64,000 bases of DNA from Fervidobacterium sp. UBA5837 (lineage in GTDB: Bacteria; Thermotogota; Thermotogae; Thermotogales; Fervidobacteriaceae). Location of the stretch: assembly GCA_002432805.1 (NCBI GenBank), contig DJGV01000001.1, positions 100,218 through 164,217 of the forward strand, written 5' to 3'. A program made the translations under genes and the position numbers. Shown in pieces: positions 57,921-64,000 of this stretch; positions within the stretch are counted from its first letter, which is position 1; the number at the start of each line of letters is the position of its first letter. The notes under the pieces were generated by a model, which searched no databases, was not told the origin of the DNA, and was given only the letters and a program-made list of their open reading frames with translations.

Positions 57921-59396
57921 ATGAAAATGGACAAGTTGAAGGAGTACTATCAAAAGATTGCGAAGTATTCAAGTGCATCGGCATTACTCTATTGGGATAT
58001 GCAAACTTATATGCCATCTGCAGCTAGTGAATATCGTGCAGAAGTTCTCTCTGAAATTGGTAGTTATGCATTTATAATGTCCGTTTCAGATGAACTTGGC
58101 AATCTTCTCAAAAGTGCAACACCAAGCTCGGAAATAGATGAAGCTACCGTGCGTGTTGGTTTGAAAGAATACGAAAAGTACAAGAAGATACCTGCCGAAG
58201 TCTTTGAAGAAATGCTGAGAGTTTCCACTATATGTGAACAATTGTGGCAAAAAGCAAAAAAGGAACGGAATTTTGAGATTGTAGAGCCTTATCTTGAAAA
58301 GGTCGTAGAATTGAGCAAAGAAATGACAAAGTACCTTGGGTACGATAATGATCCATACGATGCGCTACTGGATCGTTTTGAACCTGGTATGACGGCAGAA
58401 GAATTAAATCGTATATTTACACCACTTAAAGAATTCACAGTCAAGGTATTGAAAGGAATAGAAAAAGTAGGAAAAGTGGGTGACCCATTTGAACGAGAAA
58501 TTGATCCTGAGAGGCAAGAGAAATTCAACAGATGGCTCCTCACACATCTCAAATACGACAGTACAAAATGCAGATTAGATGTATCTGCTCACCCATTTAC
58601 AAACCCAATTGGTATGAATGATGTAAGGATAACTACAAGGTACGTGCCAAATGATCCGAAAAATTCCATATTCTCTACAATACATGAATTTGGACATGCA
58701 CAATACGCCTTGTCTATCCCAGACGAATTTTACGGTCTACCAATAGGTAGTAGTACATCGTATGGATTTGACGAAAGCCAATCGAGATTCTGGGAGAATA
58801 TCTTGGGGAGAAGTCTTCCTTTTTGGACTGGGATATATGAGAAATTTATTGAAGTATTCCCAGAGATGGCGAGTTATTCTGTAGAAGACATTTGGCGAGG
58901 TGTAAATATAGTAAGACGTTCTTACATAAGGACGGAAGCAGATGAGGTTACTTACACGCTTCACATAATTTTGAGATATGAATTGGAACATGCATTGATA
59001 AACGATGAACTGTCTGTCAAAGATATACCCGCAGCTTGGAACGAATTGTTTTCAAAATACTTTGGACTGAAGATAGATGATATATCACTTGGTTGCTTAC
59101 AGGATCCCCATTGGTACGGTGGCTCGTTTGGGTATTTCCCAACCTATCTACTTGGAAACCTCTACGCTGCACAAATTTACGACGCAATGAAAAAGGAAAT
59201 TGATTTTGATACGCTAGTTGTAAATGGCGAATTTGACAAGGTGAGAGGTTGGCTTACCGAAAAGATTTACTCTAAAGGCAGAATGTATGAACCTAAAGAA
59301 TTAATCAAGAAAGTAACGAACAGTGATTTCGACTCGAAGTACTTCATAGATTACGTAACAAAAAAGTACAGCAGAGTATATTCGAGTAATCTATGA
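57921..59396 (+). CDS. M32 thermostable carboxypeptidase (Taq carboxypeptidase family)
   Basis: SAHPFT, HEFGHAQY (HExxH), ESQSRFWEN, GYFPTYLLGN. The start may be the ATG at 57927. Confidence 0.92.
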   Translation: MKMDKLKEYYQKIAKYSSASALLYWDMQTYMPSAASEYRAEVLSEIGSYAFIMSVSDELGNLLKSATPSSEIDEATVRVGLKEYEKYKKIPAEVFEEMLRVSTICEQLWQKAKKERNFEIVEPYLEKVVELSKEMTKYLGYDNDPYDALLDRFEPGMTAEELNRIFTPLKEFTVKVLKGIEKVGKVGDPFEREIDPERQEKFNRWLLTHLKYDSTKCRLDVSAHPFTNPIGMNDVRITTRYVPNDPKNSIFSTIHEFGHAQYALSIPDEFYGLPIGSSTSYGFDESQSRFWENILGRSLPFWTGIYEKFIEVFPEMASYSVEDIWRGVNIVRRSYIRTEADEVTYTLHIILRYELEHALINDELSVKDIPAAWNELFSKYFGLKIDDISLGCLQDPHWYGGSFGYFPTYLLGNLYAAQIYDAMKKEIDFDTLVVNGEFDKVRGWLTEKIYSKGRMYEPKELIKKVTNSDFDSKYFIDYVTKKYSRVYSSNL

Positions 59397-59450
59397 TTTT
59401 TTGTCTATTTTCAATTTGTGAGTGTTATATACTGTGCAGATTACATAACT

Positions 59451-59512
59451 AAAAACAAACCTGCTCAACAATTCAACAAATTATAAGTCATGAGCAGGTT
59501 TGTTCTTATTTT
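59451..59512. terminator. Long hairpin terminator between convergent genes
   Basis: aacaaacctgctca (23-nt loop) tgagcaggtttgtt, flanked by aaaaa and cttatttt. Confidence 0.65.
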
Positions 59513-59520
59513 AGTCTCAA

Positions 59521-59554
59521 TATAACTATCTAGAAAATATAACTATCTAGAAAA
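59521..59554. repeat. Perfect 17-nt tandem duplication (tataactatctagaaaa x2) spanning the stop codon of the GH13 gene
   Basis: Copies at 59521-59537 and 59538-59554. The GH13 stop (cta on the + strand) is at 59547-59549. Confidence 0.9.
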
Positions 59555-61013
59555 TTCGCTTGTACTGATCGTACCCCCTCACCGTATCGTTCAAGGGTTT
59601 CAAAAGTCTAAAGCCCCTTTCCGGTATATCGAACTTCAAAAGTCCAGCGCTTAGGCCAAATTTCTCACCCGTAAGAAGGTCCACAAATCGTGTCCTATCG
59701 AGCAATCTACCATCTTTGATCTGAGCAGCAACTCTTCTTGCATTCGACCTATTTATGGCGACAACAATATCATCAAGCATGTAAGGTGCCTTTCTCAAAA
59801 AGACCAGTGGGTCTGGGTTTAGCACTTCAAAAGACCCGATCTTCAGCGCAGTCTCAGTCTTTCTCAATTCTATGATTCTTTTATAAAATTCTCTTAATTC
59901 TGTGTCCCAAGTTTCTTCATTCCACTTCATTGTATCTCGGCATTCCGGATCCCTTCCACCTTCCAAACCAACCTCACTGCCATAGTAAACAACGGGAACA
60001 CCTGGATAGGTAAATTGGAGAACTACTGCTAGTTTTCTCAGTGATTTATCTGGAAGCATATTCGCAATTCTCTCACTATCATGGCTATCGAGCATATTCC
60101 AACAACCGTAAATATTCGGCGTATCGTTGAAAACAGAAGTCAACGCACTACCAATCTCTTTGAGTTCGCCATTTAGATAGCTCAAAATGAGTTCACGCAG
60201 ATGGTAATTCATAATACCATCGACCATATTCCAACCTTCGGGATAAGTCCACAACTCACTTACGACATACTTCTCTGTTGAAACACTCTTAACTTTTGAG
60301 GCTATGAATGCATTATTAACTGGTCCCAAATCTTGCCCACAATCCAATCTCCAGCCATCTATTCCCATTTTGAGATACTTATCGATCACTTGTGTTATGT
60401 AATTGCGTACTTCCAATTCCTCCAAATTCAGTTCCGGCAAAGATTGTGCACCCCACCATCCCCTATGACCACTCTCATACATCGTAAATTTACTCATGGC
60501 ATCTCTGTTTCCATTCTTGGCTTTAACAAACCACTTATGTTGCGAACTCACATGATTGAAGACACCGTCCAAAACGAGCCGCATATGCTCTTTCTTTAGT
60601 TTACTTACCAAAAAAGCCAGTGCGCGATTTCCACCAAATTGTGAATCTACATTCAAATAATCTACACCATCATACTTGTGGTTTGATGGAGATAAGAAGA
60701 TCGGTGTCAAGTATAGACAATTTACACCAAGGTCCTTCAAATAATCGAGTTTCTCACCTATTCCCCACAAATCTCCTCCGTAGAAAGACAGACTTGACCG
60801 CCAATCTCCCGTTGCAACTGGCTTTTCATTCCAATCTTTGATTGTACCGCCTCGATCTGTGTACAAACCAGCTTTGTCTTGAACACTCTTTCCCTTACCG
60901 ATAGAGAATCTATCGGGGAAGATCTCGTAAACAACACTTTCATACACCCAAAATGGTGTTGGGTATCTTAAAGTATTCCTCACGTTATTAATAGAATTGC
61001 TTGAGAACTGCAC
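59547..61013 (-). CDS. Cytoplasmic GH13 alpha-amylase-family enzyme (alpha-glucosidase / cyclomaltodextrinase-like)
   Basis: GH13 regions DGVFNHVS, GIDGWRLDCGQD, VVSELW, NMLDSHDSER. No signal peptide. Confidence 0.9.
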   Translation of the reverse strand: MQFSSNSINNVRNTLRYPTPFWVYESVVYEIFPDRFSIGKGKSVQDKAGLYTDRGGTIKDWNEKPVATGDWRSSLSFYGGDLWGIGEKLDYLKDLGVNCLYLTPIFLSPSNHKYDGVDYLNVDSQFGGNRALAFLVSKLKKEHMRLVLDGVFNHVSSQHKWFVKAKNGNRDAMSKFTMYESGHRGWWGAQSLPELNLEELEVRNYITQVIDKYLKMGIDGWRLDCGQDLGPVNNAFIASKVKSVSTEKYVVSELWTYPEGWNMVDGIMNYHLRELILSYLNGELKEIGSALTSVFNDTPNIYGCWNMLDSHDSERIANMLPDKSLRKLAVVLQFTYPGVPVVYYGSEVGLEGGRDPECRDTMKWNEETWDTELREFYKRIIELRKTETALKIGSFEVLNPDPLVFLRKAPYMLDDIVVAINRSNARRVAAQIKDGRLLDRTRFVDLLTGEKFGLSAGLLKFDIPERGFRLLKPLNDTVRGYDQYKRIF

Positions 61014-61184
61014 AACACACCTCCGAAATTTTTGAGATTTTCAAGTGTCTTTCACATTTTCCCAACATTATTAGCATCAGTTGACTAAACTATTCGATGG
61101 TATATGTGATAAAATAAGAATAGAACTTTCATCCTCTTATACAATCATATCACAAAAACATTTGAGAAAGGATGATGGTAGAAT

Positions 61185-61703
61185 ATGGAAATCACGAATA
61201 TAATCGAAAAGCGCAGAAGTATAAGAGATTTCAAAGACATTCCAATTCCCAATGAAATTTTGGAAAAGATATTAAACTATGCACTCTTGGCACCAAGCGG
61301 AAGAAATGCAAAGCCAGTTGACCTCATTGTTCTAAAGGACAAAGAAACGATCACCAAAGTAATGAATGCAAGAACAAACAACTTTGGATTTTTGAAAACA
61401 GCACCTGTGTGCATCGTCGTTACCGCTGATGAAGAAAGTAGCACTTGGTGTGCAGATGCGTCGATAGTTGCTAGTTACATCCAATTACTTGCAGTCAACT
61501 ATGGTCTTGGAAGTTGCTGGGGACAAGTTCATGGCAGGTATTTCAACGATAAATCCGTTGAAGAAGAAATCAAAAGAATTCTCTCCATTCCAAAAAATTT
61601 CCGTGTTCTTTCGATAATAGGCTTGGGATATGCTAATGAAGAGAATGCTCCACACACACTCAATGAGGTTAACAAGAAGAAAATACACTACGATTACTGG
61701 TAA
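61185..61703 (+). CDS. Nitroreductase-family protein
   Basis: RRSIRDFKD.PIP, APSGRNAKP, about 170 aa. Confidence 0.85.
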   Translation: MEITNIIEKRRSIRDFKDIPIPNEILEKILNYALLAPSGRNAKPVDLIVLKDKETITKVMNARTNNFGFLKTAPVCIVVTADEESSTWCADASIVASYIQLLAVNYGLGSCWGQVHGRYFNDKSVEEEIKRILSIPKNFRVLSIIGLGYANEENAPHTLNEVNKKKIHYDYW

Positions 61704-61752
61704 GTAAAGATTATAGAATCTACAAATCCAAGAAAGAGAGGGGATAAGAGGG

Positions 61753-62622
61753 ATGAATGAATTCAAGAACACTCTAAGAACGAACAAGGAAAAAGTAGTA
61801 AAACTTTCGATACTTGTAGAAATCTCGCACCCAGTTGTACGTATGCCTGTAATGGATGGTGTAGGCAACGCATACTATTTCCCTGGTGTCGGTGGAATAA
61901 CGTACAACTTTGGCTTAGGTGACAACGCATTCTCCATGCACGGTGATCACATAGAGCCAGACCTCAGCACAAAAAATCCAGACAGAGATCTCAATCAAAC
62001 ATGCATGTCTTTGGCTTGTATTGGTAACGAAGCTACTGTAGTATCAGGTGATGGCAAAGGAATGAATGGATACGTCATAGGAAAGCACGGTGGCATAGAC
62101 CATGTACTTGTGTGGATGCCAGACAAAGAGAAACTTGTATTAGGTGACAAGATTCAAATCAAATCGTGGGGACAAGGCTTGGAACTATATGACCATCCCG
62201 ATGTAAGAGTCTTCAATGTAGATCCGGAACTATTTGAGAAAATACCAATAGAAGAAGAAAACGCTAGACTACATGTCCCGGTCACCGCTATAGTGCCGGC
62301 ACATCTAACAGGTTCTGGAATCGGTTCATCCAATCCCGTTGGGACAGACTACGATATGAACACACTAGATGAGGAAGAGATTAGAAAACACGGCCTTGAT
62401 AAAGTCAGAATTGGAGATTTAGTTGCAATCTCGGATCATTACAACGGGTACGGTGCAGGTGGTTACAAGTCCGGTTCCATTTCCATCGGCGTCGTTGTAC
62501 ATTCAGATTGCTTCAAAACTGGTCATGGTCCTGGAATTGTTGTCATCATGACGAGTTACAACGATAAAATCATACCTTCTGTAGATCCTGAGAGTAACAT
62601 CAAAAAGTACTTGGGTATTTGA
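61753..62622 (+). CDS. Conserved hypothetical protein, probably the DUF4438 family (T. maritima TM1086-like; assignment from memory)
   Basis: 289-aa soluble protein. GVGGITYNFGLGD, GDHIEPD and GYGAGGYKSGSISIG segments. No catalytic motif recognised. Confidence 0.55.
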   Translation: MNEFKNTLRTNKEKVVKLSILVEISHPVVRMPVMDGVGNAYYFPGVGGITYNFGLGDNAFSMHGDHIEPDLSTKNPDRDLNQTCMSLACIGNEATVVSGDGKGMNGYVIGKHGGIDHVLVWMPDKEKLVLGDKIQIKSWGQGLELYDHPDVRVFNVDPELFEKIPIEEENARLHVPVTAIVPAHLTGSGIGSSNPVGTDYDMNTLDEEEIRKHGLDKVRIGDLVAISDHYNGYGAGGYKSGSISIGVVVHSDCFKTGHGPGIVVIMTSYNDKIIPSVDPESNIKKYLGI

Positions 62623-62667
62623 GGCAATCATAAATCAGAATGACACGGATCAATTATCATAAACCAA

Positions 62668-62699
62668 CGCACTCCAAAAGGAGTGCGCTTTTATTTTTT
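62668..62699 (+). terminator. Rho-independent terminator
   Basis: cgcactcc aaaa ggagtgcg followed by cttttatttttt. Confidence 0.85.
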
Positions 62700-62869
62700 G
62701 CTTCCATTTTTTCGATGCAGCATCGGATAATACATGAAAGACAATTGACTTAGACAAATAGTAATAGATACACTTAGTAAAATGAAGAATAATCCACATA
62801 ACCACAATTATTGATTGCTTTTTACGAGATAAACTCGCATAATTAAGTGACTGAATTTGCATTGCTCTG

Positions 62870-62878
62870 TGTTATAAT
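62870..62878 (+). promoter_or_regulatory. Extended -10 promoter element TGTTATAAT upstream of the FabH-like gene
   Basis: ctgtgttataatct. About 100-nt leader before the ATG at 62981. Confidence 0.4.
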
Positions 62879-62980
62879 CTGAGAGGTGATTCATACCTAA
62901 CATGAAAGGTGATTCACACATATTCATAACTGCACTAAACTTGTGTGTTTAGCAAAAAAGATGCAAGGGAGGAGAAAAAC

Positions 62981-63964
62981 ATGAAGCATGCAAAGATAGT
63001 TTCATCGGGTATGTACATCCCGCAAAAGGTCATGACAAATGCCGAGTTTGAGAAGTTGACTATGTTGACGATCGATCCATATTATTCAGATGTGATTGGC
63101 ATCAATCATCGTCACATCTCTGAAGATTGGGAAACGCCAACGTACATGGCTGCGGAAGCTGCTAAGAAGGCACTCCAAAGAATTGGCATGCAGCCAGAAG
63201 AGATTGGTTTAATCATAGTTGGTACGGACACACCTGAGGCAGTTTCACCACCAGATGCACCACGAGTTCAGTATTTAATTGGTGCACACAAAGCTGAGAC
63301 TATGGCATTCAACGTTAATGCATCGTGTGCAAATGGTGCACTATTACTCGATATCGCTGCCAAATACATTGCAATGGGCGATTGCAAGAATGTGCTGGTC
63401 ATCGGTACTTACGCAATGACAAAGTTTTTGAACTGGAAATACGCTTGGGAAGCATTGTTCAGTGACGGTGCAGCTGCACTCATCTTATCTGCATCAGACG
63501 AACCAGGATACATAGGGTCTGTTTCAAGAGCTGATGGGAGTTGGTGGCAGAATTGGGGAATCTACATGGGTGCTGGTACGATGAATTTGCAAGGCATCGA
63601 AAGAGGACTCCACAAATTAGATTTACGTGGGGCTTATCCGGCATCTGTAAATGATGAAGGTTGGCCAAATCTGCTGAATAAGTTGATAGAAAAATACAAC
63701 ATTCCTAAAGATGAAATTGCTATGGTGTTCTTTACACAAGTAAGGAAGAAAACTATTCTTAAAGTGATGGATACCATAGGATTACCAGTAGAGAAGACTC
63801 AAATTGTTATGGATAAATTCGGCTATACCGGTTCTGCCTGTGTGTACATGGCCTATGATGATGCCTATGATGAAGGAAAGTTGGAGAATGTATCCGGAAA
63901 GTACATTCTGTTCCTTACGTCTGGCGTTGGTTTCCAGCAAGTGGCAGTAGCGTTTAAGGCTTGA
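62981..63964 (+). CDS. KAS III (FabH)-like thiolase-fold protein with a non-canonical active site
   Basis: ATG 8 nt after GGGAGGAG. FabH-like MKHAKIVSSGMYIPQKVMTNAEF, Cys box AFNVNASCANG, LFSDGAAALIL. The His and Asn boxes read FFTQVRKK and FGYTGSAC. Confidence 0.8.
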   Translation: MKHAKIVSSGMYIPQKVMTNAEFEKLTMLTIDPYYSDVIGINHRHISEDWETPTYMAAEAAKKALQRIGMQPEEIGLIIVGTDTPEAVSPPDAPRVQYLIGAHKAETMAFNVNASCANGALLLDIAAKYIAMGDCKNVLVIGTYAMTKFLNWKYAWEALFSDGAAALILSASDEPGYIGSVSRADGSWWQNWGIYMGAGTMNLQGIERGLHKLDLRGAYPASVNDEGWPNLLNKLIEKYNIPKDEIAMVFFTQVRKKTILKVMDTIGLPVEKTQIVMDKFGYTGSACVYMAYDDAYDEGKLENVSGKYILFLTSGVGFQQVAVAFKA

Positions 63965-64000
63965 TGTTGGTTTGTGTAACTTGTAACTCTTGTTGATTTC

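Noticed and set aside
62650-62862. 70-aa minus-strand ORF between the DUF4438-like and FabH-like genes
   Set aside because: It overlaps the plus-strand terminator hairpin and the promoter region. It has no RBS and a low-complexity sequence.

Overview
This 64 kb window is gene-dense (about 70 CDS, roughly 38-40% GC by eye). Gene content and operon order look like a Thermotogae chromosome, possibly Fervidobacterium-like; that assignment is inference. I found no rRNA, tRNA, CRISPR array, transposase or prophage. Most of the window is core housekeeping:
- the ffh-rpsP-KH-rimM-trmD-SPOUT-rplS-lepB operon
- niaR-pncA
- a DEAD-box helicase
- a type II fatty-acid synthesis cluster (acpP / degV-fabF-fabZ-fabK-fabD-bioY-fabG)
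- ppdK
- glmU-prs and rplY-pth
- an HcnABC / proline-dehydrogenase-like flavoenzyme trio
- sugar, peptidase and transporter genes

The regions that stand out are:
1. 1-5049: a tandem cluster of membrane-anchored LPP20/FlgP-like paralogs, with an 893-aa multidomain protein and a CsgG-like protein that ends in a predicted outer-membrane beta-barrel. This is a candidate undescribed envelope (toga) system.
2. 18874-22783: a five-gene Rnf/Nqr hybrid (RnfD-G-E-A plus NqrF) with no RnfC/NqrA or RnfB.
3. 23167-23544: a divergently transcribed 125-aa four-helix protein with two H-x13-H motifs, the di-heme cytochrome b ligand pattern.
4. 62981-63964: a FabH-like condensing-enzyme homolog that keeps the Cys but appears to lack the His and Asn of the catalytic triad. 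The main FAS cluster has no fabH.

All functional calls come from reading motifs in the supplied translations. No database search was run.
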